A stretch of DNA of 34,004 bases from a virus. Taxonomy: Duplodnaviria > Caudoviricetes. Positions 5,556 through 14,985 of this stretch are shown one piece after another. Position 1 is the first letter of the stretch, and each line of letters starts with the position of its first letter. A program made the position numbers and the translations under genes. The stretch covers positions 1 through 34,004 of the IMG/VR virus record IMGVR_UViG_3300046779_001672; one strand, written 5' to 3'. The notes beneath the pieces are model-generated. The model made no database searches. It worked only from the letters and a program-made list of their open reading frames with translations, and was not told the origin of the DNA.

Positions 5556-6336
5556 CGTCCTGAATTTCACAATCTATCCACTTCAGATTATTATAGAAAT
5601 CGTATCCCCAATTCCCTTTTGGTATCAAACATCTACCTAGTTCTGGACTATGTTCAATTCTAATCTGAACGGTAGCCCAAATCAACCAAATCAAGTAAAT
5701 TACCCCTAAAGTTGTCAAAGACCAACAAGCTATACGATATTTTATTTTACGAATTCTTTTCTGTTGTTTTCTCTTGGCAACACTTTCACGTTGCATTTGT
5801 AGTGCAACGGCACCTGCTTGTTCTTTACCTACAATTTTCATCATGGCTTCAACTTCCGTCCATAATGCACCCAACTCTGGAGGGCTTTGATAGACCATAA
5901 TTTCACGTAATTCTTCACCCATAGCAGTTAATTGTTTTTTCAGTAGAACACGCTGTAAAGCACGTCGGCCTATACTGTCATTTCCATGATAAACTTCTGT
6001 CTTACTGCGGCGTTCTTCTTCTTCAAACACTGCATTGCATTTGTAAAGATTATCGAAATAAACTCCTAATTGTTCTCCAATTTGTGTATAAATGCTGGAA
6101 GTGTCACCAGATTGTTTGTTTAGATTGATTATTCGATTTTTTTCTTCTATATACTGATTTTTTTCGGCTGTAGTGGGTTGACGATCTTTGTACTTTTTGT
6201 GGAACTGGTCGTCCAGATCCTTGAGGACATCTTGAATGTCCCCAGCAGCTCCTTTGATATCTTTGTAGAGTTTACAGCCTTCCTTAACGAGTTTTACTGC
6301 ACCATTAGCCAACGCAAATAATGTTAATGGATCCAT
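5539..6336 (-). CDS. Hypothetical helical protein with a C-terminal transmembrane segment
   Basis: 265-aa ORF, hydrophobic stretch IACWSLTTLGVIYLIWLIW; late-type CATAAATA on the minus strand at 6393-6400. Confidence 0.8.
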   Translation of the reverse strand: MDPLTLFALANGAVKLVKEGCKLYKDIKGAAGDIQDVLKDLDDQFHKKYKDRQPTTAEKNQYIEEKNRIINLNKQSGDTSSIYTQIGEQLGVYFDNLYKCNAVFEEEERRSKTEVYHGNDSIGRRALQRVLLKKQLTAMGEELREIMVYQSPPELGALWTEVEAMMKIVGKEQAGAVALQMQRESVAKRKQQKRIRKIKYRIACWSLTTLGVIYLIWLIWATVQIRIEHSPELGRCLIPKGNWGYDFYNNLKWIDCEIQDEKKGS

Positions 6337-6378
6337 TATCCTTTTGGCAACACTCCTTTATTATTACCGTTTAAATAC

Positions 6379-6407
6379 TTGACTTTATTGGTTATTTATG
6401 AGATAAT
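6379..6407 (+). promoter_or_regulatory. Sigma70-type promoter
   Basis: TTGACT-N17-GATAAT. Confidence 0.65.
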
Positions 6408-6439
6408 AAGTATCTGTGTAAATATAGGATAATTTCACC

Positions 6440-7507
6440 ATGCGAAAAGGAAACTTACGGGTATCAAATCCCGAGCCGAAACTAAACTCCCAGGTATCAC
6501 AAATGGACCTGATTCAGGCTTTGTCGTGGTACTCTCAAAATAAGGAAACTAAGGACTCGCACAAATATGCGGTAGACTATCTAAAGAAAAAGTATAAACT
6601 GGACGTTTCCTCAGTTATCAAATCCCGTTCATCTACGTTCGGTTTCGTCTGCCGTCTTTTGACTAACGGTGCAGAACTGCCACAAAAAAATCAAATGTGG
6701 TTTCAGTCCGAAATTCAAAAGATGAAAGATGAAATTGCAAGTCAAATTGCTGATATACCTGTAGAAAAGACAAATGTAATTTCTATTCAGGATCGCATCA
6801 AAGAAAAATCAAAAGAATGTATTGGTGAACTAGAAGGTCAGATCGATGAATTGATGATTTCTGATTATTCTGCAAATGTATCTCCACTCGGTATCATGAC
6901 TTCGATGGGTGTAAAAGATGCATACACCAAATATATTGTTGAACATTTCAAAACTCGCCGTAATGAGTTTGATGAAATTCTTTATTCTAAAGATGGTGAT
7001 GTGAAAGAAGCATATTCTAATTTTACAAAACCGAATCTGAAGAAAATGATTGCATATTGCGATCAGGTAATTGTTGATTGTGGTAAACTGTCACAGACTG
7101 CGGTTAAATCACGCAAACCACGTAAGCGTAAGGTAAAGACTGCTGCACAGATTACTGCCAAGGTAAATTACTGTAAAGAGTTCAAGGAATTGAAGTTGGT
7201 GTCGATAACGCCAGATCAAATCATTGGTATGTCTCAGTTGTGGATTTATAATACCAAAACACGTAAGTTGGGTGTTTATCACGCTGATGATGCAAGTGGT
7301 TTATCAATTAAAGGTAGTTCGGTAACAAACTTTACTGAACACAAATCGGTACAAAAGACTTTGCGTAAACCGGCAGAGATGTTGCCAGAAGTTCTCGGTT
7401 GCGGTAAAGTTGCATTGCGTAGTATCATGCCTAACATTCGTGCCGTTGAAGGTGCATTGACAGGACGACTAAATAAAGATACAATACTCCTACGTATTGT
7501 CAAATAA
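6440..7507 (+). CDS. Hypothetical protein of T4-like phages, upstream of rnh
   Basis: 355-aa ORF; C-terminal KTLRKP...GRLNKDTILL resembles a family recalled from T4-like phages. Confidence 0.8.
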   Translation: MRKGNLRVSNPEPKLNSQVSQMDLIQALSWYSQNKETKDSHKYAVDYLKKKYKLDVSSVIKSRSSTFGFVCRLLTNGAELPQKNQMWFQSEIQKMKDEIASQIADIPVEKTNVISIQDRIKEKSKECIGELEGQIDELMISDYSANVSPLGIMTSMGVKDAYTKYIVEHFKTRRNEFDEILYSKDGDVKEAYSNFTKPNLKKMIAYCDQVIVDCGKLSQTAVKSRKPRKRKVKTAAQITAKVNYCKEFKELKLVSITPDQIIGMSQLWIYNTKTRKLGVYHADDASGLSIKGSSVTNFTEHKSVQKTLRKPAEMLPEVLGCGKVALRSIMPNIRAVEGALTGRLNKDTILLRIVK

Positions 7508-7517
7508 TGGATAAAAA

Positions 7518-8366
7518 ATGATTATCTTTGATTTTAATCAGGTTGCTATTTCTAACCTGATGCAACAAATCGGCAGTTCTAAAAATGCCGTTGAAGAAAA
7601 TCTTGTACGACATATGATTCTGAATACCATCAGAACATATGTACACAAATTCAAATCTACTCACGGACCAGAAGTGGTTATCGCTTGTGATAATCGTCGT
7701 TACTGGCGCCGTGAGGTATTTCCACATTACAAAGCATCACGCAAGAAAAATCGTGATGCTTCTGGTCACGACTGGAATTCTATCTTTGAATGTCTCCACA
7801 AAATCAAAAGTGAATTGATTGAATTCTCACCATATAAGGTGATTGATGTTGATGGAGCAGAAGCAGATGATGTTATCGCTTCTCTGGTGATGAAATATTC
7901 ACCACATCAGAAGATTATGATTCTATCGTCTGATAAAGACTTTGCACAGTTGCAGAAATTTCCAAACGTCGAACAGTTCTCACCTATACTCAAAAAGTAT
8001 GTGAAAGAACCAATGCCGGCACTGCAATTGAAACAAATGATTATTCGTGGTGACAAGGGTGACGGTGTTCCTAACATTCTTACCAAAGATGATGTTTTTG
8101 TTGTTGGTGGTCGTCAAAAACCAATTACTGAAGAAAAGATTATCAACTGGTTGAATCAAGAACCCAAAGACTTTTGTAATGATGAAATGCTGCGTAATTT
8201 TTCACGCAATGAAACTATGATTGACTTGACCAAGATACCTCAGAGCATTGTTACTGATATCTTGAATACATATGAAAACACACAGGGTAAAACTAAAAGT
8301 GTGTTTATGAATTATATGATAGCAAACAAACTTAAAAATCTAATTGAGGTTATTGATGAATTCTAA
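7518..8366 (+). CDS. rnh: T4-like RNase H (FEN-family 5'-3' exonuclease)
   Basis: YWRRxxFPHYKASR, EADDVI, SSDKDFAQL and GDKGDGVPN motifs. Confidence 0.95.
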   Translation: MIIFDFNQVAISNLMQQIGSSKNAVEENLVRHMILNTIRTYVHKFKSTHGPEVVIACDNRRYWRREVFPHYKASRKKNRDASGHDWNSIFECLHKIKSELIEFSPYKVIDVDGAEADDVIASLVMKYSPHQKIMILSSDKDFAQLQKFPNVEQFSPILKKYVKEPMPALQLKQMIIRGDKGDGVPNILTKDDVFVVGGRQKPITEEKIINWLNQEPKDFCNDEMLRNFSRNETMIDLTKIPQSIVTDILNTYENTQGKTKSVFMNYMIANKLKNLIEVIDEF

Positions 8367-8793
8367 CAAACTTTATTTTGAAATATTCGAAGAATTTGAA
8401 AAAGCATCAGGACAAAAAAACAAAGTAGAAGTTCTACGCAAATATGGAACTAAAGCTTTTAAGAATTTTCTGTCATGTGCATTACATCCAAATATTGTAT
8501 TCGATGTAAAAGAAATTCCTTCATACAAACCTGCACAGGAACCTGCAGGACTTAATTATGTTTATCTTGAGCAAGAGATGGCACAAATGTACAAGTACAT
8601 TTCTAATCATCCTGCAAAACCACATGATATTACACCACAACGTCAACGTGAACTATTAGTGGTTACACTTGAATCATTGCATCGTGATGAAGCAGAGTTG
8701 CTTGCAAACATGTTTAAGAAATCCATTAAGGTTCGTGGTCTAAACGCAAAAATAGTTAAAGAGGCATTTCCCGATCTACCATTTGAGGGTTAA
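8356..8793 (+). CDS. Hypothetical protein of T4-like phages
   Basis: LESLHRDEAELL...VKEAFPDL; overlaps the rnh stop. Confidence 0.75.
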   Translation: MNSNKLYFEIFEEFEKASGQKNKVEVLRKYGTKAFKNFLSCALHPNIVFDVKEIPSYKPAQEPAGLNYVYLEQEMAQMYKYISNHPAKPHDITPQRQRELLVVTLESLHRDEAELLANMFKKSIKVRGLNAKIVKEAFPDLPFEG

Positions 8794-8795
8794 TT

Positions 8796-9536
8796 ATGAA
8801 AGTTGCGGTAGTGACTCCGACAATCGGAGCAACAACACTAGCACAATGCGTTGGCAGTGTTGAGAATCAAACTTATGATGATTTAACACATTATATTTTT
8901 CTTGATGGAAAAGAGAATGAGAGTAAAATTTGGTATCAACTTGAATATGAAACAAGAAATAGAATCAAAACCGTTCGTCTTGAAGAAAATGTGGGAAAAG
9001 GTTGGTATGGTCACCGTGTATATGCTGCATGTAGCTTTCTTGTCAATTGTGATGTCATATGTTATCTTGACGAGGACAATTGGATTGATCCACATCACGT
9101 TGAGAACTTGGTCAGCGTTCTTGAGGAAGGAAATGATTGGGCTTATTCGTTAAGGAAAATTTATGATAAAGAAGGAAACTTTCTCTGTGAGGACAATTGT
9201 GAATCGCTTGGTAAATGGCCTGTATATTTTGACGATAGAACCTTTCATATCGATACTAGCAGCTTTGCTGTTCGTAGGGATGTTGCAGTTCGTATAGGAC
9301 ATGCATGGTACGGACAGTGGGGTGCAGATCGTCAGTTCTTTGGTGCTCTAAAACAGCATTTCCCTAAATATGACTGTACTAGAAAACATTCTCTAAACTA
9401 TAGACTCGACGGTAATCCTAACTCCGTCACCAAAAAGTTTTTTGACGAAGGAAACGCATTTAATATTGTAAAGTACAAAGGTGCGTTTCCTTGGTTAGAA
9501 GAAAGATCAAGACATAATACAACTATTACATTATGA
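8796..9536 (+). CDS. Glycosyltransferase family 2
   Basis: VAVVTPT, SVENQTY and YLDED (DxD) GT-A motifs. Confidence 0.85.
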   Translation: MKVAVVTPTIGATTLAQCVGSVENQTYDDLTHYIFLDGKENESKIWYQLEYETRNRIKTVRLEENVGKGWYGHRVYAACSFLVNCDVICYLDEDNWIDPHHVENLVSVLEEGNDWAYSLRKIYDKEGNFLCEDNCESLGKWPVYFDDRTFHIDTSSFAVRRDVAVRIGHAWYGQWGADRQFFGALKQHFPKYDCTRKHSLNYRLDGNPNSVTKKFFDEGNAFNIVKYKGAFPWLEERSRHNTTITL

Positions 9537-10051
9537 AGAAGTTAGAACATGAACCTTCACATTTCTTGTCAGGTACTATTGACGAGCACAATGTGGAGTC
9601 TGCAATAAAATGGATTGTAGATTTAAATACAAAAGGTATTGGAACTGTATGTACCCTTTACATAAATTCTGATGGCGGTAGTGTAAACGATGCTTTTGCA
9701 CTTGCCGACATTATGAGAATATCAAAAACTCCAATATCTACAGTTGCAATAGGAAGTTTGATGAGTTCTGCTCTGTTAATCTTTGCTGCAGGATTCACAA
9801 CCGCTAGAAGTGTATCAAAAAATACCAGCATAATGATGCACCAATTCAATCACGAATATGCGGGCAAATATCACGACATGAAATCTTACGCACTTGAAAT
9901 TGATAGAATTAATGATCGAATGGTTGATCTGATTCATATCCATAGTAATTTGACGCAAGATGACGTAAAAAGAATTATAGTGACACCAACGGATGTGTGG
10001 TTTACAGCAAACGATTTGGTTCACTATGGTATCGCCGACTATATTTTTTAA
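9533..10051 (+). CDS. clpP: ClpP-like protease subunit
   Basis: LYINSDGGSV, MSSA (catalytic Ser), IMMHQ (His), DVWFTA...YGIAD (Asp). Confidence 0.85.
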   Translation: MKKLEHEPSHFLSGTIDEHNVESAIKWIVDLNTKGIGTVCTLYINSDGGSVNDAFALADIMRISKTPISTVAIGSLMSSALLIFAAGFTTARSVSKNTSIMMHQFNHEYAGKYHDMKSYALEIDRINDRMVDLIHIHSNLTQDDVKRIIVTPTDVWFTANDLVHYGIADYIF

Positions 10052-10067
10052 GGGAGTTGATAGTCAC

Positions 10068-10223
10068 ATGTTAGCTGGTGGAAGTAAGTTTAAAAAAACA
10101 GTCAAAACGAAATTTAAACCAAATAAAGATCGTGAGACAGTTAACCTGAACAAAACCCGTCATCACGATAAATCTTATTATCGTTTGGCTAAACAGGAAA
10201 AAGAAGAATATGGAATCTCGTAA
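10068..10223 (+). CDS. Small basic hypothetical protein
   Basis: ATG 10068, Lys-rich 51 aa. Confidence 0.6.
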   Translation: MLAGGSKFKKTVKTKFKPNKDRETVNLNKTRHHDKSYYRLAKQEKEEYGIS

Positions 10224-10377
10224 AGAGCAGATCGCAAAACGAATCAAAGACCTTGAGACAGAGATCGAAACAGCTCAAGATGCTAGATTCGAATTGAAAA
10301 AAGAAATGCAGAGAATTCGTGCAAGGGAAATTGAAGAATCCATGCAAGAAAATTCTCAGCAGTTACTAAAAGGTTAA
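10210..10377 (+). CDS. Small coiled-coil hypothetical protein (55 aa)
   Basis: MESRKEQIAKRIKDLETEIETAQDARFELKKEM...QQLLKG, read by eye; not in the track. Confidence 0.7.
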   Translation: MESRKEQIAKRIKDLETEIETAQDARFELKKEMQRIRAREIEESMQENSQQLLKG

Positions 10378-10387
10378 TTTTTAGTCC

Positions 10388-10437
10388 TGTTGTTTTTATA
10401 CAACAGGCTTGACATTAATTCCGATCTTTGATAAGAT
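10388..10437 (+). promoter_or_regulatory. TGTTG-N8-CAACA palindrome plus sigma70 promoter
   Basis: Palindrome 10388-10405; TTGACA 10409-10414, N17, TGn-TAAGAT 10432-10437. Confidence 0.75.
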
Positions 10438-10443
10438 TGTAGA

Positions 10444-10845
10444 ATGAATAATATTCCTACAATCGGCTCTGAGGTCGAGGTAACTGTACGTTATCGAAAT
10501 TACAACTACCATACGAGTAGTTATCAACCTTTTAACGATACCGTTTTCAAGGGTATTGTTATCAAAAATTCAAAATGGATAGGGTCAGACTATTTTTGTG
10601 TTAAAACTGACAACAAAAACCATCCAGTCTCAATCATTAACATTAATGCAATACATGACCTAAAGTTACTCAAAGGAAATGTTTCCAATATGAGAAAATT
10701 TCGGGTCAAGGGAGACAAGGGCCATGAATATATGGTAACATTGTCAAATGGGCATTATGCCTGTCACTGTATTGGTTTCCAATATCATAACAAATGTAAA
10801 CATGTTACAAAAGTGAAAACACTTGTCGAATCGACAACTGCTTGA
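10444..10845 (+). CDS. SWIM zinc finger protein
   Basis: YACHCIGFQYHNKCKH (CxC...CxH). Confidence 0.8.
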   Translation: MNNIPTIGSEVEVTVRYRNYNYHTSSYQPFNDTVFKGIVIKNSKWIGSDYFCVKTDNKNHPVSIININAIHDLKLLKGNVSNMRKFRVKGDKGHEYMVTLSNGHYACHCIGFQYHNKCKHVTKVKTLVESTTA

Positions 10846-10870
10846 CATAAAATGCCGTTTTTGATATAAT
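10842..10870 (+). promoter_or_regulatory. Consensus sigma70 promoter
   Basis: TTGACA-N17-TATAAT with extended TG. Confidence 0.85.
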
Positions 10871-10893
10871 GGAACATTGTCAGGAGATTAATT

Positions 10894-11241
10894 ATGATTA
10901 TCTACACTAACCAGACTTCAAAAAAGAAAAAAAAGTTAAATGCTAAACAGCGTGAATTGCAGTCCGACTGGAATAAACTTATGGACAAGTGGTCAGTAAA
11001 ATCTACTGCAAAGCAAAAAACTTTCAAATCGATGAAGTCTTATAAACTAGAAATTCCTGCTGATCGTAATCCTCGCCAATTTCAATCTGTAGATTCTGGC
11101 GTCGGTAATGCGACTAAGCCGATCGAGGGTAAACGATACACTGGCGACAAAATGTTGGGTATCGGTACTTTGCATAAGTCTAATGCTGTCCCGATTTTCA
11201 CTGATGAGGAAGCAAAAGATCAAGCCAAGATGCGACGATAA
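10894..11241 (+). CDS. Hypothetical protein of T4-like phages
   Basis: YTGDKMLGIGTLHKSNAVP motif; SD AGGAG. Confidence 0.8.
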   Translation: MIIYTNQTSKKKKKLNAKQRELQSDWNKLMDKWSVKSTAKQKTFKSMKSYKLEIPADRNPRQFQSVDSGVGNATKPIEGKRYTGDKMLGIGTLHKSNAVPIFTDEEAKDQAKMRR

Positions 11242-11242
11242 C

Positions 11243-11306
11243 TGTTGCATTTTGGCAACATATCTTTTTGATAACACTTGACAAAAAATCGGTATTTCTG
11301 TATAAT
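11243..11306 (+). promoter_or_regulatory. TGTTG-N8-CAACA palindrome plus consensus sigma70 promoter
   Basis: Palindrome 11243-11260; TTGACA 11278-11283, N17, TATAAT 11301-11306. Confidence 0.85.
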
Positions 11307-11335
11307 GGCTGTATATCGTGAATTGAGGTGATGTT

Positions 11336-12085
11336 ATGAAATTGTTATCTACTGGTAACCCCAAAACCCTTAAAGGTATGGCAACTGGTTACAATACTTA
11401 TATCTTACACTTGGCTCCTGCAAATGTTTCAGGTTATGAAACATGTCCTAAGCGTACTGAAGGCTGCACTGCTGCTTGTTTGAATACAGCAGGTCGTGGT
11501 GGTATGTTCAAAAAAGGTGAAACCACCAATACTATTCAACAAGCACGAATTCGCAAAACTCAATTCTTTTTCGAAGAGCGTAACGGCTTCTTTGAATGGC
11601 TTGTCAAAGATATTGAGAAAGCTATCAAACAATCTGCAAAACTTAATTTGATTCCTGTTTTCCGTCTTAACGGCACTTCTGACCTTTCATGGGAAAAGTA
11701 TGAGGTCGTTCGTGACGGTGTAACATACAAAAACATTTTTGCAGCATTCCCCAATATTCAATTTTATGATTACACCAAAATTCCCGGTCGTAAAGTAAAA
11801 GACATTCCTAACTATCATCTGACATTTTCAGAAGCAGATGGTAATGCACTTGAAACGCTTAATGCGATTCGTGCAGGTATGAATGTTGCTACTGTTTTTG
11901 GTATTAAGAAAAACTCACCGATGCCTGAAATGTGGAACGGTCTTCCTGTTTTCAACGGTGATGAGTCTGACTTGCGTTTCCTTGACCCGAAGGGTGTTGT
12001 CGTTGGCTTGTATGCAAAGGGCAAAGCAAAAAAAGACACTTCTGGTTTTGTGAAATATCCTACAATTATGTTGAAAGCTGCTTAA
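11336..12085 (+). CDS. GP88 family protein (Cys-motif, radical-SAM-like)
   Basis: CPxxxxGCxxAC, FRLNGTSD, QFYDYTK and YHLTFS motifs. Confidence 0.8.
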   Translation: MKLLSTGNPKTLKGMATGYNTYILHLAPANVSGYETCPKRTEGCTAACLNTAGRGGMFKKGETTNTIQQARIRKTQFFFEERNGFFEWLVKDIEKAIKQSAKLNLIPVFRLNGTSDLSWEKYEVVRDGVTYKNIFAAFPNIQFYDYTKIPGRKVKDIPNYHLTFSEADGNALETLNAIRAGMNVATVFGIKKNSPMPEMWNGLPVFNGDESDLRFLDPKGVVVGLYAKGKAKKDTSGFVKYPTIMLKAA

Positions 12086-12094
12086 GGAGAAAAT

Positions 12095-12490
12095 ATGGGC
12101 ACTCGTCATTTAACTTTTGTTTACGGAGATTCTGATACCGTTCTGCTTTGCATGTATGGTCAGTGGGACGGTTATCCTACTGGACACGGTGCTGATCTAG
12201 CAGAATTTTTGAATTCGTTTGATGAAATTGTTAATGGTATTCCTTTTGGTGACAAACGAAGATTGGCAAATGGTATGGGATGTTTGGCTGCACAACTTGT
12301 AGCACATTTCAAAAAAGATGCCGGTAGTTTTTACATTCATCCACCAAATCTTAACCAAGATTGTTGGCAAGATTATGAATACCACATTCGTCCAAATTCG
12401 GTAAAAGTGACTGATAGTCAAGGGTATTCATTGTTTAACGGTACGTGGAAAGACTTTGCAGAGTATTGTGCCGAAGAAGAAACTCAATGA
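12095..12490 (+). CDS. Hypothetical phage protein (MGTR...DGYP type)
   Basis: MGTR...YGQWDGYPTGHG...ANGMGCLAAQL; SD AAGGAG. Confidence 0.8.
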   Translation: MGTRHLTFVYGDSDTVLLCMYGQWDGYPTGHGADLAEFLNSFDEIVNGIPFGDKRRLANGMGCLAAQLVAHFKKDAGSFYIHPPNLNQDCWQDYEYHIRPNSVKVTDSQGYSLFNGTWKDFAEYCAEEETQ

Positions 12491-12504
12491 TTACCGTTGG
12501 TGAC

Positions 12505-12533
12505 TTGACAAACCAACCAATATATGTTACATT
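12505..12533 (+). promoter_or_regulatory. Sigma70-type promoter
   Basis: TTGACA-N17-TACATT with TGn extension. Confidence 0.7.
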
Positions 12534-12563
12534 ATAAACTCATTAACTTGATTGGAGTATATT

Positions 12564-13013
12564 ATGGCTCGTACAATTTCTAAAAATCCTCGTCGTTGGG
12601 AACGTCTGTTGATGGTTCTCGCAAATGGTGGTGTTATCTCGAAAGAACAAATCGGTGCTACAATGCAGTATGATGCAATGTACCGTATTTCCACAGAAAT
12701 GTGGGCTTTGAAAGTACAGGGTGCGATTGTTAAAACGCACAAGACTGGTCGTGAAGTTACTGGTTATGAACTGGTCAACGTGAAAGAAATGATTAAACTG
12801 CTGAAAGATCGTGGATTCGCTCCACTTGAACTTGTTGCAGTAAAATCTAAACCTGCAAAAGTTGCAGCAAAACCTGTTGCAAAACCTAAGACTAAAACTG
12901 TCGCAAAGACAAAAACAAAACCAGTTCAGTCTATGGACGAACTGAAAGTCACTGAGGTTACTGAGCAAGTAACTGAAGTATCTACTGATGAAGTTTTAGA
13001 AATCACTGAATAA
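12564..13013 (+). CDS. Putative DNA-binding protein (winged-helix-like N-terminus, Lys-rich linker, acidic tail)
   Basis: GGAG SD; KPAKVAAKPVAKPKTK low-complexity segment; fold is inferred. Confidence 0.65.
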   Translation: MARTISKNPRRWERLLMVLANGGVISKEQIGATMQYDAMYRISTEMWALKVQGAIVKTHKTGREVTGYELVNVKEMIKLLKDRGFAPLELVAVKSKPAKVAAKPVAKPKTKTVAKTKTKPVQSMDELKVTEVTEQVTEVSTDEVLEITE

Positions 13014-13016
13014 TCC

Positions 13017-13733
13017 ATGCGTCTCCTGCCAATAACTTTGGCTTTTATGCTCTCTAACGCTTTTGCTGTGCAAGGCGTTGGAGAGTATTTTTATGGACCT
13101 GACATGGCAGAAAATATTGCCTGTCAAATTGCGGAAGATTATGCACGTACCGATGCTATACGCAATTATCTTGGCGAAGAATTTGAATCTACTACCACAG
13201 AAGCATGTTATAATATAGAATGCTTTTCGACCAGAGATTCGAATCTATCCATTATGGGTACAATCAAGAAGGTCAATAAAAAAGAAATCACAACATCTGT
13301 TGAACAAGGTAAAAAAGTTTGTACGGTTGAACTTGATGCTGAAGTTGAAAAACTTAAAAACGATATTTACTTCAATGCATGGACTGAACAACCAATATTT
13401 CGTCATGGAGAACAAGTTCAGTTTTTTGCAGTAACAAACAGACCAGGTTACTTACATGTTTTCAATTATCATTCCAAGAAGTATCACAAAATTTTATCGA
13501 AGAAAATTACTGAGGTACAAAATGAGTTCTCAATCTTGGATAAGAATCAAATAATGATTGCAAAAGTTCCTGATGGAATGAAAGTTTCAAAAGAAAAGAT
13601 GGTATTCATATTTACAGAACTTGACACAAAAACCAAGTCTGTGTATAATGATTTTGAGATGGATCAATTTGTTAGATCGCTTCCTATTACTGGCAAGCGT
13701 ATAGTCAGTCGTGTAGCGCAAATCGTGAGGTGA
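13017..13733 (+). CDS. Secreted/periplasmic hypothetical protein
   Basis: Signal peptide MRLLPITLAFMLSNAFA. Confidence 0.75.
   Translation: MRLLPITLAFMLSNAFAVQGVGEYFYGPDMAENIACQIAEDYARTDAIRNYLGEEFESTTTEACYNIECFSTRDSNLSIMGTIKKVNKKEITTSVEQGKKVCTVELDAEVEKLKNDIYFNAWTEQPIFRHGEQVQFFAVTNRPGYLHVFNYHSKKYHKILSKKITEVQNEFSILDKNQIMIAKVPDGMKVSKEKMVFIFTELDTKTKSVYNDFEMDQFVRSLPITGKRIVSRVAQIVR
13621..13649 (+). promoter_or_regulatory. Intragenic consensus sigma70 promoter
   Basis: TTGACA-N17-TATAAT. Confidence 0.75.
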
Positions 13734-13735
13734 GA

Positions 13736-13861
13736 ATGAAATATATTATGTTTATATTATGTACCTTTTTAGCAGCATGTGGTACAGTTGGTGGCGCCAT
13801 GCAAGGTGCTAGTGAGGACTTGAATAAAGTCGGTACTTATGTTCGTAACGTAGGAAACTAA
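13736..13861 (+). CDS. Small entericidin-like lipoprotein (41 aa)
   Basis: MKYIMFILCTFLAAC|GTVGGAMQGASEDLNKVG; LAAC lipobox; not in the track. Confidence 0.7.
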   Translation: MKYIMFILCTFLAACGTVGGAMQGASEDLNKVGTYVRNVGN

Positions 13862-13862
13862 A

Positions 13863-14462
13863 ATGAAAAAACTTGTATTGATTCCAATTGCACTTGCACT
13901 TACCGCATGTTCGTCAATCAAATATACTACTGGTCTTGAGATGAAAGCACCAGAGTTTGGTGGTGGTGAACAACAAGCAGAAGTTCGATATCCTGATTGG
14001 TTTACTGCAAAACCTGAGAAAGGTGATACTGCTCTATATGGTATCGCATCTGAATACTCAAAAGACTTTCAGTTTGCCGTTGACAAAGCAACATTGTCTG
14101 CCAAACGAGAGCTTGCTTCTAACTTCTCCTCTCATGTAGAATCTATGATGAAGGATTATGTTTCAGAAGTTGGTGAAGCAGATCAGTCTACCATTCAAGA
14201 AATTAATCGTACAACTAAATTGGTTGTTGCTCGTGTTAATCTGATTGGTGTGCAACGTACCAATTATAAAGTGGTACATGAAAAAGAAGGTTATCGTGCA
14301 TTCATCAAACTGCGTTATGCAGCAGATGAATCAAACCGTTTGTTAGTTCAAGAAGTACGTAAGAATAGGAAACTAAATGCAAAACTCGAATCCTCTAAAG
14401 CGTTCAAAGAGCTGGAACAAAGTATCGACAGTATTATTGACAATAAACAGAACAGTAACTAA
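13863..14462 (+). CDS. Lipoprotein, LPP20-like
   Basis: LTAC lipobox; YPDWF...AVDKATLSAKRELA. Confidence 0.75.
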   Translation: MKKLVLIPIALALTACSSIKYTTGLEMKAPEFGGGEQQAEVRYPDWFTAKPEKGDTALYGIASEYSKDFQFAVDKATLSAKRELASNFSSHVESMMKDYVSEVGEADQSTIQEINRTTKLVVARVNLIGVQRTNYKVVHEKEGYRAFIKLRYAADESNRLLVQEVRKNRKLNAKLESSKAFKELEQSIDSIIDNKQNSN

Positions 14463-14463
14463 C

Positions 14464-14613
14464 TTGATCGCCAGTATCACTGACAAAGATAAGTGGTTCT
14501 GGTATAAGTTGTGGGTAGTAATTATGATTCTCGCACTGGGTTTCGGTGCGAGAGGTTTGTTTGAAATGATTGGCCTTTTTTATGTGATGTATCATGTTAC
14601 GAAACTTTCTTAG
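14464..14613 (+). CDS. Small membrane protein (tentative)
   Basis: Hydrophobic ORF filling the intergenic gap; TTG start uncertain; ends in TAG. Confidence 0.4.
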   Translation: MIASITDKDKWFWYKLWVVIMILALGFGARGLFEMIGLFYVMYHVTKLS

Positions 14614-14782
14614 ATTCTGTAAATACAGTGGGTTGACAATTACTTTGGTATGCAATCCACTTCATTGGGGTATTATACCTCGGTTATACATTGACAAATC
14701 AGATTGGGGTGGATATAATACATATCGATTCTCTTTCTTATTTGTTGGTATTGCTTTTTGGATTGATGACGGGAGTTGGTAA
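14594..14782 (+). CDS. Hypothetical protein
   Basis: 62-aa ORF coupled to its neighbours. Confidence 0.6.
   Translation: MLRNFLRFCKYSGLTITLVCNPLHWGIIPRLYIDKSDWGGYNTYRFSFLFVGIAFWIDDGSW
14691..14719 (+). promoter_or_regulatory. Intragenic consensus sigma70 promoter
   Basis: TTGACA-N17-TATAAT. Confidence 0.75.
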
Positions 14783-14985
14783 TGACTGGTATTACACTTG
14801 ACTATGAAGTAGCAGATAAAATTACTTTAATTACTTTGAAAGAAGCCCTTGTTGATGTAAACAAGTATATAAAAAGTTTAGAAGAAAGAAATATTCCAGA
14901 ACATCTTGCTTCCGATTATGATTATCATGTAAGATTGAAGATTAATTTAGAAGGTGTAATTAACTATTACGGTGGTTACGATTGA
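14782..14985 (+). CDS. Hypothetical protein
   Basis: GGGAG SD; ATG overlaps the upstream TAA. Confidence 0.7.
   Translation: MTGITLDYEVADKITLITLKEALVDVNKYIKSLEERNIPEHLASDYDYHVRLKINLEGVINYYGGYD

Noticed and set aside
5762-5782. Third TGTTG...CAACA palindrome
   Set aside because: The spacer is 11 nt rather than 8, and it lies inside a CDS with no adjacent promoter.
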